Shown one piece after another: positions 1-17,578 of a stretch of 64,000 nt of DNA. The position numbers and the translations under genes were made by a program. The notes beneath the pieces are model-generated. The model was given only the letters and a program-made list of their open reading frames with translations, was not told the origin of the DNA and did no database searches. Each line of letters starts with the position of its first letter. The stretch's first letter is position 1. Source of the DNA: the human T2T-CHM13v2.0 reference genome, Homo sapiens; contig CP086569.2 in the NCBI GenBank assembly GCA_009914755.4, forward strand, positions 61,088,001 through 61,152,000, read 5' to 3'.

Positions 1-333
1 ATAGAATTATATAATCATATATAATTATTTATATTCTATAAAAAATTATATCATTATATAAATTATAATATATAAAAATTATAATATGTACTACAAATAT
101 ATATTTTATATATCATATATGATATAGTACCTTTGTTATATATCATAATACATATAAATGTGTATTATGTTATCTATAATTATATAATTTCATATATAAG
201 ATGTATATGTATCATATATTATATATGTTATGTAATATATATAGTATATATAAGATGACACAGGATAAATATTATATACTATGACATATAAAATATATGA
301 GGTTATATGTTACATATAAGGCATAGCAGATAA

Positions 334-654
<321 letters not shown>

Positions 655-2751
655 ATATTTTTTAAATGAAAAAAAATTTCAAAGGTACTCTGCTTGGTAC
701 AATAATCAAATGTATAAACTGAGGAATAAAACATAACCATGAAACATACTTATAACTGCATATGGAAAATACAGAGGATAATTTTTTAAATAACATATTT
801 TGAAAGCCTTAACTAGTAATTTGAAGAGTTGGCATTTGAAAGGCCAGTATGAATATACCTTCAAAGCAGCAACACAGGTTCCCCATGAGAAAAAGCAAAC
901 TCAGGGAAAATAAAACCACAAAGGTTCAATCTCTTCTGACCTTTGAAAGACACAGCACAGACAGTGGTCCTTAGGACGAAGAGCAGGAGACCCCTAATTC
1001 CGTCACCGTGGCGATAGGGCATAAACATTGCTGGGTGAGGGCACAATCCACATTGTGAGGTCCAACTGCTGCCAGGAAGACAGGAGTGCTTTTACATAGA
1101 CCGAAAGGTCATTGAAGGCTCAGAGTTTTGTTTCAAGAACTGAATCCCAAGCCCACACGTTATTAGGCTGCGCTTCTTAAAGCAAGTTATGAGATGGGAA
1201 AAAGGGCACCCACAAACATACGTATACATTATGTATATAATAATATACAGTATCATATATATAATATATATAACCTATGTATAATATTGTTTTACATCCT
1301 GCATCTTATGTTATATATATTGTATAAAATATAATAATTGATAATATATAAGTTTTATATTTATACAATATGACATATAGTATATATTATAATTTATGAC
1401 ATATATAATATATGTTATATATCATATATAGAATATATTATACGGTTAATATACGTATTAAATATAAATTATACATTATATATATTATATATAATATATC
1501 TGTTATATATAATACACATTATGCATAATATATATATTATGTCTATGTTATATATAGTATAAAACAACATATAATAATATATAATTGTATATATAAAATG
1601 CGACATATAATATATATTATATTTTATGACATATGTAATATATATTATATATTATATATAATACGTTGTATATATAATTCCTATATTAAATATATATTAT
1701 ATGACTATGTTATTAATTACATGTCACATATGTTATACATTATATATTTTACATAGAATATACCGGTTACATACAATATATACTATGTTACCTATAATGT
1801 ATAATTTATTACATGTAAAATAAAGAATGCAATATATCATGTATAATTTATAATATACAATATGTGGAATGTGATATATATAACATATAATATATGATAT
1901 ATGATATACAGTATATGATATATAACATACAATATATGATACCTAATATAAATGGTATACAATATATATTTTATGATATGTATTCTATATGTTTTATATT
2001 CTGTTATATATAACTATTTGAAATTATATATAACTGTATAATATTTTATGTAAATATGTAATATAATATATATAACTATATAATATATTATATATAACTA
2101 TATATTATGTTATATATGCTTTTATAATATATTTTACATAAAATATCGTAATATAATATATATTATATTATTTCATATTACATAATACATATTACATATC
2201 ACCCAATATAAGTAACGTACATAATATTATAATATAGATTATATTATGTTATATTAAATATCATATATATCATGTATCATATATTCTATAATATATATTA
2301 TACATTATATAATATGTATGTTGTCTATTATGTGATACATATAACTATATATATAATTATATTATTATACGTATAACTAGATAAACATGTAAATCTACAT
2401 ATTTTCATTTATAATATATAGAATTATATAATCATATATAATTATTTATATTCTATAAAAAATTATATCATTATATAAATTATAATATATAAAAATTATA
2501 ATATATACTACATATATATATTATATATCATATATGATATAGTATCTTTGTTATATATCATAATACATATAAATGTATATTATGTTATCTATAATTATAT
2601 AATTTCATATATAAGATGTATAATATGTATCATATATCTTATATGTTATGTAATATATATAGTATATATAAGCTGACACAGGATAAATATTATATACTAT
2701 GACATATAAAATATATGAGGTTATATGTTACATATAAGGCATAGCACATAA

Positions 2752-3072
<321 letters not shown>

Positions 3073-3640
3073 ATATTTTTTAAATGAAAAAAAATTTCAA
3101 AGGTACTCTGCTTGGTACAATAATCAAATGTATAAACTGAGGAATAAAACATAACCATGAAACCTACTTATAACTTCATATGGAAAATACAGAGGATAAT
3201 TTTTTAAATAACATATTTTGAAAGCCTTAACTAGTAATTTGCAGAGTTGGCATTTGAAAGGCCAGTATGAATATACCTTCAAAGCAGCAACACAGGTTCC
3301 CCATGAGGAAAAGCAAACTCAGGGAAAATGAAACCACAAAGGTTCAATCTCTTCTGACCTTTGAAAGACACAGCACAGACAGTGGTCCTTAGGACGAAGA
3401 GCAGGAGACCCCTAATTCCGTCACCATGGCGATAGGGCATAAACATTGCTGGGTGAGGGCACAATCCACATTGTGAGGTCCAACTGCTGCCAGGAAGACA
3501 GGAGTGCTTTTACACAGACCGAAAGGTAATTGAAGGCTCAGCGCTTTGTTTCAAGAACTGAATCCCAAGCCCACACGTTATTAGGCTGCGCTTCTTAAAA
3601 CAGGTTATGAGATGGGAAAAAGGGCACCCACAAACATACG
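3073..3640. other. Representative unit, part 2: unique, non-low-complexity segment (~45% GC) of unknown origin; contains the spurious 61-aa ORF on the - strand
   Basis: Sequence runs ccatattttttaaatgaaaaaaaatttcaaagg...ggcataaacattgctgggtgagggcac...gggaaaaagggcacccacaaacatacg. It lacks the Alu and TA-rich character, and I cannot assign it to a known element from sequence alone. Confidence 0.6.
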
Positions 3641-5192
3641 TATACATTATGTACATAATAATATACAGTATCATATATATAATATATATAACCTATGTAT
3701 AATATTGTTTTACATCCTGCATCTTATGTTATATATATTGTATAAAATATAATAATTGATAATATATAAGTTTTATATTTATACAATATGACATATAGTA
3801 TATATTATAATTTATGACATATATAATATATGTTATATATCATATATAGAATATATTATACGGTTAATATACGTATTAAATATAAATTATACATTATATA
3901 TATTATATATAATATATCTGTTATATATAATACCCATTATGCATAATATATATATTATATCTATGTTATATATAGCATAAAACAACATATAATAATATAT
4001 AATTGTATATATAAAATGCGACATATAATATATATTATATTTTATGACATATGTAATATATATTATATATTATATATAATACGTTGTATGTATAATACCT
4101 ATATTAAATATATATTATATGACTATGTTATTAATTACATGTCACATATGTTATATATTATATATTTTACATAGAATATACATGTTACATACAATATATA
4201 CTATGTTACCTATAATGTATAATTTATTACATGTAAAATAAAGAATGCAATATATCATGTATAATTTATAATACACAATATGTGGAATATGATATATATA
4301 ACATATAATATATGATATATGATATACAGTATATGATATATAACATACAACATATGATACCTAATATATATGGCATACAATATATATTTTATGATATGTA
4401 TTCTATATGTTTTAAGTTCTGTTATATATAACTTTGAAATTATATATAACTGTATAATATTTTATGTAAATATGTAATATAATATATATAACTATATAAT
4501 ATATTATATATAACTATATATTATGTTATATATACTTTTATAACATAATTTATTTAAAATATCATAATATAATATATATTATATTATTTCATATTACATA
4601 ATATATATTACATATCACCCAATATAAGTAACATACATAATATTATAATATAGATTATATTATGTTATATTAAATATCATATATATCATGTATCATATAT
4701 TCTATAATATATATTATACATTATATAATAAGTATGTTGTCTATTATGTGATATATATAACTATATATATAATTATATTATTATACATATAACTAGATAA
4801 ACATGTAATTCTACATATTTTCATTTATAATATATAGAATTATATAATCATATATTATTATTTATATTCTATAAAAAATTATATCATTATATAAATTATA
4901 ATATATAAAAATTATAATATGTACTACAAATATATATATTATATGTCATATATGATATAGTACCTTTGTTATATATCATAATACATATAAATGTGTATTA
5001 TGTTATCTATAATTATATAATTTCATATATAAGTTGTATAATATGTATCATATATTATATATGTTATGTAATATATATAGTATATATAAGATGACACAGG
5101 ATAAATATTATATACTATGACTTATAAAATATATGAGGTTATATGTTACATATAAGGCATAGCACATAACATGTAATATATATCATATATAA
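3641..5192. repeat. Representative unit, part 3: ~1.55-kb extremely AT-rich, TA-dinucleotide-derived low-complexity segment with degenerate internal sub-repeats (atgacatat..., atatgttatatat...) and short perfect palindromes
   Basis: Runs of tatata/atgt/acat motifs and almost no G/C outside a few positions. One example is the 18-bp palindrome tatatcatatatgatata at 4936-4953. Confidence 0.85.
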
Positions 5193-5490
5193 TTTTTTTT
5201 TAGACAGAGTCTTGTCCTGTTGCACAGGGTGGGGTACAATGGCGCCATCTTTGCTCACTGCAACATCTGCCTCACGGGTCCAAGAGATTGTCCTCCCTCA
5301 GTCTCCCAGGTAGCTGGGACTACACCACACTGGGACTACAGCAGCTGCCACCATGCCTAGCTAATTTTTTGGATTTTTAGTAGTGACAGCGTTTCACTGT
5401 ATTGGCCAGGATGGTCTTGATCTCTTCACCTTGTGATCCCCTTGCCTTGGCCTCCAAATTTGCTGGGATTACAGGCCTGAGCCAAGATCC
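5193..5490 (-). mobile_element. Alu copy, unit 3
   Basis: Same Alu sequence at the 2418-bp period offset. Confidence 0.9.
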
Positions 5491-7587
5491 ATATTTTTTA
5501 AATGAAAAAAAATTTCAAAGGTACTCTGCTTGGTACAATAATCAAATGTATAAACTGAGGAATAAAACATAACCATGAAACCTACTTATAACTGCATATG
5601 GAAAATACAGAGTATAATTTGTTAAATAACATATTTTGAAAGCCTTAACTAGTAATTTGAAGAGTTGGCATTTGAAAGGCCAGTATGAATATACCTTCAA
5701 AGCAGCAACACAGGTTCCCCATGAGGAAAATCAAACTCAGGGAAAATAAAACCAGAAAGGTTCAATCTCTTCTGACCTTTGAAAGACACAGCACAGACAG
5801 TGGTCCTTAGGACGAAGAGCAGGAGACCCCTAATTCCGTCACCATGGCGATAGGGCATAAACATTGCTGGGTGAGGGCACAATCCACATTGTGAGGTCCA
5901 ACTGCTGCCAGGAAGACAGGAGTGCTTTTACATAGACGGATAGGTCATTGAAGGCTCAGAGTTTTGTTTCAAGAACTGAATCCCAAGCCCACACGTTATT
6001 AGGCTGCGCTTCTTAAAACAGGTTATGAGATGGGAAAAAGGGCACCCACAAACATACGTATACATTATGTATATAATAATATACAGTATCATATATATAA
6101 CATATATAACCTATGTATAATATTGTTTTACATCCTGCATCTTATGTTATATATATTGTATAAAATATAATAATTGATAATATATAAGTTTTATATTTAT
6201 ACAATATGACATATAGTATATATTATAATTTATGACATATATAATATATGTTATATATCATATATAGAATATATTATACGGTTAATATACGTATTAAATA
6301 TAAATTATACATTATATATATTATATATAATATATCTATTATATATAATACCCATTATGCATAATATATATATTATGTCTATGTTATATATAGTATAAAA
6401 CAACATATAATAATATATAATTGTATATATAAAATGCGACATATAATTTATATTATATTTTATGACATATGTAATATATATTATATATTATATATAATAC
6501 GTTGTATGTATAATACCTATATTAAATATATATTATATGACTATGTTATTAATTACATGTCACATATGTTATATATTATATATTTTACATAGAATATACC
6601 GGTTCCATAAAATATATACTATGTTACCTATAATGTATAATTTATTACATGTAAAATAATGAATGCAATATATTATGTATAATTTATAATATACAATATG
6701 TGGAATGTGATATATATAACATATAATATATGATATATGATATACAGTATATGATATATAACATACAATATATGATACCTAATATATATGGCATACAATA
6801 CATATTTTATGATATGTATTCTATATGTTTTATATTCTGTTATATATAATTATTTGAAATTATATATAACTGTATAATATTTTATGTAAATATGTAATAT
6901 AATATATATTACTATATAATATATTATATATAACTATATATTATGTTATATATACTTTTATAACATAATTTACATAAAATATCATAATATAATATATATT
7001 ATATTATTTCATATTACATAATATATATTACATATCACCCAATATAAGTACCATACATAATATTATAATATAGATTATATTATGTTATATTAAATATCAT
7101 ATATATCATGTATCATATATTCTATAATATATATTATACATTATATAATATGTATGTTGTCTATTATGTGATATATATAACTATATATAATTATATTATT
7201 ATACATATAACTAGATAAACATGTAATTCTACATATTTTCATTTATAATATATAGAATTATATAATCATATATAATTATTTATATTCTATAAAAAATTAT
7301 ATCATTATATAAATTATAATATATAAAAATTATAATATGTACTACAAATATATATATTATATATCATATATGATATAGTACCTTTGTCATAGATCATAAT
7401 ACATATAAATGTGTATTATGTTATCTATAATTATATAATTTCATATATAAGATGTATAATATGTATCATATATTATATATGTTATGTAATATATATAGTA
7501 TATATAAGCTGACACAGGATAAATATTATATACTATGACATATAAAATATATGAGGTTATATGTTACATATAAGGCATAGCACATAA

Positions 7588-7908
<321 letters not shown>

Positions 7909-10026
7909 ATATTTTTTAAATGAAAAAAAATTTCAAAGGTACTCTGCTTGGTACAATAATCAAATGTATAAACTGAGGAATAAAACATCACCATGAAACC
8001 TACTCATAACTGTATACGGAAAATACAGAGGATAATTTTTTAAATAACATATTTTGAAAGCCTTAACTAGTAATTTGAAGAGTTGGCATTTGAAAGGCCA
8101 GTATGAATATACCTTCAAAGCAGCAACACAGGTTCCCCATGAGAAAAAGCAAACTCAGGGAAAATAAAACCACAAAGGTTCAATCTCTTCTGACCTTTGA
8201 AAGACACAGCACAGACAGTGGTCCTTAGGACGAAGAGCAGGAGACCCCTAATTCCGTCACCATGGCGATAGGGCATAAACATTGCTGGGTGAGGGCACAA
8301 TCCACATTGTGAGGTCCAACTGCTGCCAGGAAGACAGGAGTACTTTTACATAGACCGAAAGGTCATTGAAGGCTCAGAGTTTTGTTTCAAGAACTGAATC
8401 CCAAGCCCACACGTTATTAGGCTGCGCTTCTTAAAACAGGTTATGAGATGGGAAAAAGGGAACCCACAAACATACGTATACATTATGTACATAATAATAT
8501 ACAGTATCATATATATAATATATATAACCTATGTATAATATTGTTTTACATCCTGCATCTTATGTTATATATATTGTATAAAATATAATAATTGATAATA
8601 TATAAGTTTTATATTTATACAATATGACATATAGTATATATTATAATTTATGACATATATAATATATGTTATATATCATATATAGAATATATTATACGGT
8701 TAATATACGTATTAAATATAAATTATACATTATATATATTATATATAATATATCTGTTATATATAATACCCATTATGCATAATATATATATTATGTCTAC
8801 GTTATATATAGTATAAAACAACATATAATAATATATAATTGTATATATAAAATGCGACATATAATATATATTATATTTTATGACATATGTAATATATATT
8901 ATATATTATATATAATACGTTGTATGTATAATACTATATTAAATATATATTATATGACTATGTTATTAATTACATGTCACATGTGTTATATATTATATAT
9001 TTTACATAGAATATACCGGTTACATACAATATATAGTATGTTACCTATAATGTATAATTTATTACATGTAAAATAAAGAATGCAATATATTATGTATAAT
9101 TTATAATATACAATATGTGGAATGTCATATATATAACATATAATATATGATATATGATATACAGTATATGATATATAACATACAATATATGATACCTAAT
9201 ATATATGGTATACAATATATATTTTATGATATGTATTCTATATGTTTTATATTCTGTTATATATAACTATTTGAAATTACATATAACTGTATAATATTTT
9301 ATGTAAATATGTAATATAATATATATAACTATATAATATATTATATATAACTATATATTATGTTATATATACTTTTATAACATAATTTACATAATATATC
9401 ATAATATAATGTATATTATATTATTTCATATTACATAATATATATTACATATCACCCAATATAAGTAACATACATAATATTATAATATAGATTATTTTAT
9501 GTTATATTAAATATCATATATATCATGTATCATATATTCTATAATATACATTATACATTATATAATATGTATGTCTAATATGTGATATATATAACTATAT
9601 ATATAATTATATTATTATACATATAACTAGATGAACATGTAATTCTACATATTTTCATTTATAATATATAGAATTATATAATCATATATAATTTTTTATA
9701 GTCTATAAAAAATTATATCATTATATAAATTATAATATATAAAAATTATAATATGTACTACAAATATATATATTATATATCATATATGATATAGTACCTT
9801 TGTTATATATCATAATACATATAAATGTGTATTATGTTATCTATAATTATATAATTTCATATATAAGATGTGTAATATGTATCATATATTATATATGTTA
9901 TGTAATATATATAGTATATATAAGCTGACACAGGATAAATATTATATACTATGACATATAAAATATATGAGGTTATATGTTACATATAAGGCATAGCACA
10001 TAACATGTAATATATATCATATATAA

Positions 10027-10324
<298 letters not shown>

Positions 10325-12419
10325 ATATTTTTTAAATGAAAAAAAATTTCAAAGGTACTCTGCTTGGTACAATAATCAAATGTATAAACTGAGGAATAAA
10401 ACATAACCATGAAACCTACTTATAACTGCATATGGAAAATACAGAGGATAATTTTTTAAATAACATATTTTGAAAGCCTTAACTAGTAATTTGAAGAGTT
10501 GGCATTTGAAAGGCCAGTATGAATATACCTTCAAAGCAGCAACACAGGTTCCCCATGAGAAAAAGCAAACTCAGGGAAAATAAAACCACAAAGGTTCAAT
10601 CTCTTCTGACCTTTGAAAGACACAGCACAGACAGTGGTCCTTAGGACGAAGAGCAGGAGACCCCTAATTCCGTCACCATGGCGATAGGGCATAAACATTG
10701 CTGGGTGAGGGCACAATCCACATTGTGAGGTCCAACTGCTGCCAGGAAGACAGGAGTGCTTTTACATAGACCGAAAGGTCATTGAAGGCTCAGAGCTTTG
10801 TTTCAAGAACTGAATCCCAAGCCCACACGTTATTAGGCTGCGCTTCTTAAAACAAGTTATGAGATGGAAAAAGGGCACCCACAAACATACGTATACATTA
10901 TGTATATAATAATATACAGTATCATATATATAATATATATAACCTACGTATAATATTGTTTTACATCCTGCATCTTATATTATATATATTGTATAAAATA
11001 TAGTAATTGATAATATATGTTTTATATTTATACAATATGACATATAGTATATATTATAATTTATGACATATATAATATATGTTATATATCATATATAGAA
11101 TATATTATACGGTTAATATACGTATTAAATATAAATTATCCATTATATATATTATAAATAATATATCTGTTATATATAATACCCATTATGCATAATATAT
11201 ATATTATGTCTATGTTATATATAGTATAAAACAACATGTAATAATATATAATTGTATATATAAAATGCGACATATAATATATATTATATTTATGACATAT
11301 GTAATATATATTATATATTATATATAATACGTTGTATGTATAATACCTATATTAAATATATATTATATGACTATGTTATTAATTACATGTCACATATGTT
11401 ATATATTATATATTTTACATAGAATATACGGGTTACATACAATATATACTATGTTACCTATAATGTATAATTTATTACATGTAAAATAAAGAATGCAATC
11501 TATTATGTATAATTTATAATATACAATATGTGGAATGTCATATATATAACATATGATATATGATATATGATATACAGTATATGATATATAACATATAATA
11601 TATGATACCTAATATATATGGTATACAATATATATTTTATGATATGTATCCTATATGTTATATATTCTGTTATATGTAACTATTTGAAATTATATATAAC
11701 TGTATAATATTTTAGGTAAATATGTAATATAATATATATAACTATATAATATATTATATATAACTATATATTATGTTATATATACTTTTATAACATAATT
11801 TACATAAAATATCATAATATAATATATATTATATTATTTCATATTACATAATATATATTACATATCACCCAATATAAGTAACATACATAATATTATAATA
11901 TAGATTATATTATGTTATATTAAATATCATATATATCATGTATCATATATTCTATAATATATATTATACATTATATAATATGTATGTTGTCTATTATGTG
12001 ATATATATAACTATATATATAATTATATTATTATACATATAACTAGATAAACATGTAATTCTACATATTTTCATTTATAATATATAGAATTATATAATCA
12101 TATATAATTTTTTATAGTCTATAAAAAATTATATCATTATATAAATTATAATATATAAAAATTATAATATGTACTACAAATATATATATTATATATCATA
12201 TATGATATAGTACCTTTGTTATATATCATAATACATATAAATGTGTATTATGTTATCTATAATTTTATAATTTCATGTATAAGATTTATAATATGTATCA
12301 TATATTATATATGTTATGTAATATATATAGTATATATAAGCTGACACAGGATAAATATTATATACTATGACATATAAAATATATGAGGTTATATGTTACA
12401 TATAAGGCATAGCACATAA

Positions 12420-12740
<321 letters not shown>

Positions 12741-14858
12741 ATATTTTTTAAATGAAAAAAAATTTCAAAGGTACTCTGCTTGGTACAATAATCAAATGTA
12801 TAAACTGAGGAATAAAACATAACCATGAAACCTACTTATAACTGCATATGGAAAATAAAGAGGATAATTTTTTAAATAACATATTTTGAAAGCCTTAACT
12901 AGTAATTTGAAGAGTTGGCATGGGAAAGGCCAGTATGAATATACCTTCAAAGCAGCAACACAGGTTCCCCATGAGAAAAAGCAAACTCAGGGAAAATAAA
13001 ACCACAAAGGTTCAATCTCTTCTGACCTTTGAAAGACACAGCACAGACAGTGGTCCTTAGGACGAAGAGCAGGAGACCCCTAATTCCGTCACCATGGCGA
13101 TAGGGCATAAACATTGCTGGGTAAGAGCACAATCCACATTGTGAGGTCCAACTGCTGCCAGAAAGAGAGGAGTGCTTTTACATAGACCGAAAGGTCATTG
13201 AACGCTCAGAGTTTTGTTTCAAGAACTGAATCCCAAGCCCACACGTTATTATGCTGCGCTTCTTAAAACAAGTTATGAGATGGGAAAAAGGGCACCCACA
13301 AACATACGTATACATTATGTATATAATAATATACAGTATCATATATATAATATATATAACCTATGTATAATATTGTTTTACATCTTGCATCTTATGTTAT
13401 ATATATTGTATAAAATATAATAATTGATAATATATGTTTTATATTTATACAATATGACATATAGTATATATTATAATTTATGACATATATAATATATGTT
13501 TTATATCATATATAGAATATATTATACGGTTAATATACGTATTAAATATAAATTATACATTATATATATTATATATAATATATCTGTTATATATAATACC
13601 CATTATGCATAATATATATATTATGTCTATGTTATATATAGTATAAAACAACATATAATAATATATAGTTGTATATATAAAATGCGACATATAATATATA
13701 TTATATTTTATGACATATGTAATATATATTATATATTATATATAATACGTTGTATGTATAATACCTATATTAAATATATATTATATGACTATGTTATTAA
13801 TTACATATCACATATGTTATATATTATATATTTTACATAGAATATACGGGTTACATACAATATATACAATGTTACATATAATGTATAATTTATTACATGT
13901 AAAATAAAGAATGCAATATATTATGTATAATTTATAATATACAATATGTGGAATGTGATATATATAACATATAATATATGATATATGATATACAGTATAT
14001 GATATATAACATACAATATATGATACCTAATATATATGGTATAAAATATATATTTTATGATAGGTATTCTATATGTTATATATTCTGTTATATATAACTA
14101 TTTGAAATTATATATAACTGTATAATATTTTATGTAAATATGTAATATAATATATATAACTATATAATATATTATATATAACTATATATTATGTTATATA
14201 TACTTTTATAACATAATTACATAAAATATCATCATATAATATATATTATATTATTTCATATTACATAATATATATTACATATCACCCAATATAAGTAACA
14301 TACATAATATTATACTATAGATTATATTATGTTATATTAAATATCATATATATCATGTATCATATATTCTATAATATATATTATACATTATATAATAAGT
14401 ATGTTGTCTATTATGTGATATATATAACTATATATATAATTATATTATTATACATATAACTAGATAAACGTGTAATTCTACATATTTTCATTTATAATAT
14501 ATAGAATTATATAATCATATATAATTATTTATATTCTATAAAAAATTATATCTTTATATAAATTATAATATATAAAAATTATAATATGTACTACAAATAT
14601 ATATATTATATATCATATATGATATAGTACTTTGTTTTATATCATAATACATATAAATGTGTATTATGTTATCTATAATTATATAATTTCATATATAAGA
14701 TGTATAATATGTATTATTTATTATATATGTTATGTAATATATATAGTATATATAAGCTGACACAGGATAAATATTATATACTATGACATATAAAATATAT
14801 GAGGTTATATGTTACATATAAGGCATAGCACGTAACATGTAATATATATCACATATAA

Positions 14859-15156
14859 TTTTTTTTTAGACAGAGTCTTGTCCTGTTGCACAGGGTGGAG
14901 TACAATGGCGCCATCTTTGCTCACTGCAACATCTGCCTCACGGTTCCAAGCGATTGTCCTCCCTCAGCCTCCCAGGAAGCTGGGACTACACCACACTGGG
15001 ACTACACCAGCTGCCACCATGCCTAGCTAATTTTTTGGATTTTTAATAGTGACAGCGTTTCAGTGTATTGGCCAGGATGGTCTTGATCTCTTCACCTTGT
15101 GATCCCCTTGCCTTGGCCTCCAAATTTGCTGGGATTACAGGCCTGAGCCAAGATCC
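14859..15156 (-). mobile_element. Alu copy, unit 7
   Basis: Same Alu sequence, with variants cggttccaag, cccaggaagctggg and ttttaatagtgacagcgtttcagtg. Confidence 0.9.
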
Positions 15157-17257
15157 ATATTTTTTAAATGAAAAAAAATTTCAAAGGTACTCTGCTTGGT
15201 ACAATAATCAAATGTATAAACTGAGGAATAAAACATAACCATGAAACCTACTTATAACTGCATATGGAAAATACAGAGGATAATTTTTTAAATAACATAT
15301 TTTGAAAGCCTTAACTAGTAATTTGAAGAGTTGGCATTTGAAAGGCCAGTATGAATATACCTTCAAAGCAGCAACACAGTTTCCCCATGAGAAAAAGCAA
15401 ACTCAGGGAAAATAAAACCACAAAGGTTCAATCTCTTCTGACCTTTGAAAGACACAGCACAGACAGTGGTCCTTAGGACGAAGAGCAGGAGACCCCTAAT
15501 TCCGTCACCATGGCGATAGGGCATAAACATTGCAGGGTAAGAGCACAATCCACATTGTGAGGTCCAACTGCTGCCAGGAAGACAGGAGTGCTTTTACATA
15601 GACCGAAAGGTCATTGAAGGCTCAGAGTTTTGTTTCAAGAACTGAATCCCAAGCCCACACGTTATTAGGCTGCGTTTCTTAAAACAAGTTATGAGATGGG
15701 AAAAAGGGCACCCACAAACATACGTATACATTATGTATATAATAATATACAGTATCATATATATAATATATATAACCTATGTATAATATTGTTTTACATC
15801 CTGCATCTTATGTTATATATATTGAATAAAATATATTAGTTGATAATATATAAGTTTTATATTTATACAATATGACATATACTATATATATTATAATTTA
15901 TGACATATATAATATATGTTATATATCATATATAGAATATATTATACGGTTAATATACGTATTAAATATAAATTATACATTATATATATTATATATAATA
16001 TATCTGTTATATATAATACCCATTATGCATAATATATATATTATGTCTATGTTATATATAGTATAAAACAACATATAATAATATATAATTGTATATATAA
16101 AATGCGACATATAATATATATTATATTTTATGACATAGGTAATATATATTATATATTATATATAATACGTTGTATGTATAATACCTATATTAAATATATA
16201 TTATATGACTATGTTATTAATTACATATCACATATGTTATTTATTATATATTTTACATAGAATATACCGGTTACATACAATATATACTATGTTACCTATA
16301 ATGTATTATTTATTACATGTAAAATAAATAATGCAATATATTATGTATAATTTATAATATACAATATGTGGAATGTGATATATATAACATATAATATATG
16401 ATATATGATATACAGTTTATGATATATAACATACAATATATAATACCTAATATATATGGTATACAATATATATTTTATGATATGTATTCTATATGTTTTA
16501 TATTCTGTTATATATAACTATTTGAAATTATATATAACTGTATAATATTTTATGTAAATATGTAATATAATATATATAACTATATAATATATTATATATA
16601 ACTATATATTATGTTATATATACTTTTATAACATAATTTACATAAAATATCGTAATATAATATATATTATATTATTTCATGTTACATAATATATATTACA
16701 TATCACCCAATATAAGTAACATACGTAATATTATAATATAGATTATGTTATGTTATATTAAATATCATATATATCATGTATCATATATTCTATAATATAT
16801 ATTATACATTATATAATATGTATGTTGTCTATTATGTGACATATATAACTATATATATAATTATATTATTATACATATAACTAGATAAACATGTAATTCT
16901 ACATATTTTCATTTATAATATATAGAATTATATAATCATATATAATTATTTATATTCTATAAAAAATTATATCATTATATAAATTATAATATATAAAAAT
17001 TATAATATGTACTACAAATATATATATTATATATCATGTATGATATAGTACCTTTGTTATATATCATAATACATATAAATGTGTATTATGTTATCAATAA
17101 TTATATAATTTCATATATAAGATGTATAATATGTATTATATATTATATACGTTATGTAATATATATAGTATATATAAGATGACACAGGATAAATATTATA
17201 TACTATGACATATAAAATACATGAGGTTATATGTTACATATAAGGCATAGCACATAA

Positions 17258-17578
<321 letters not shown>

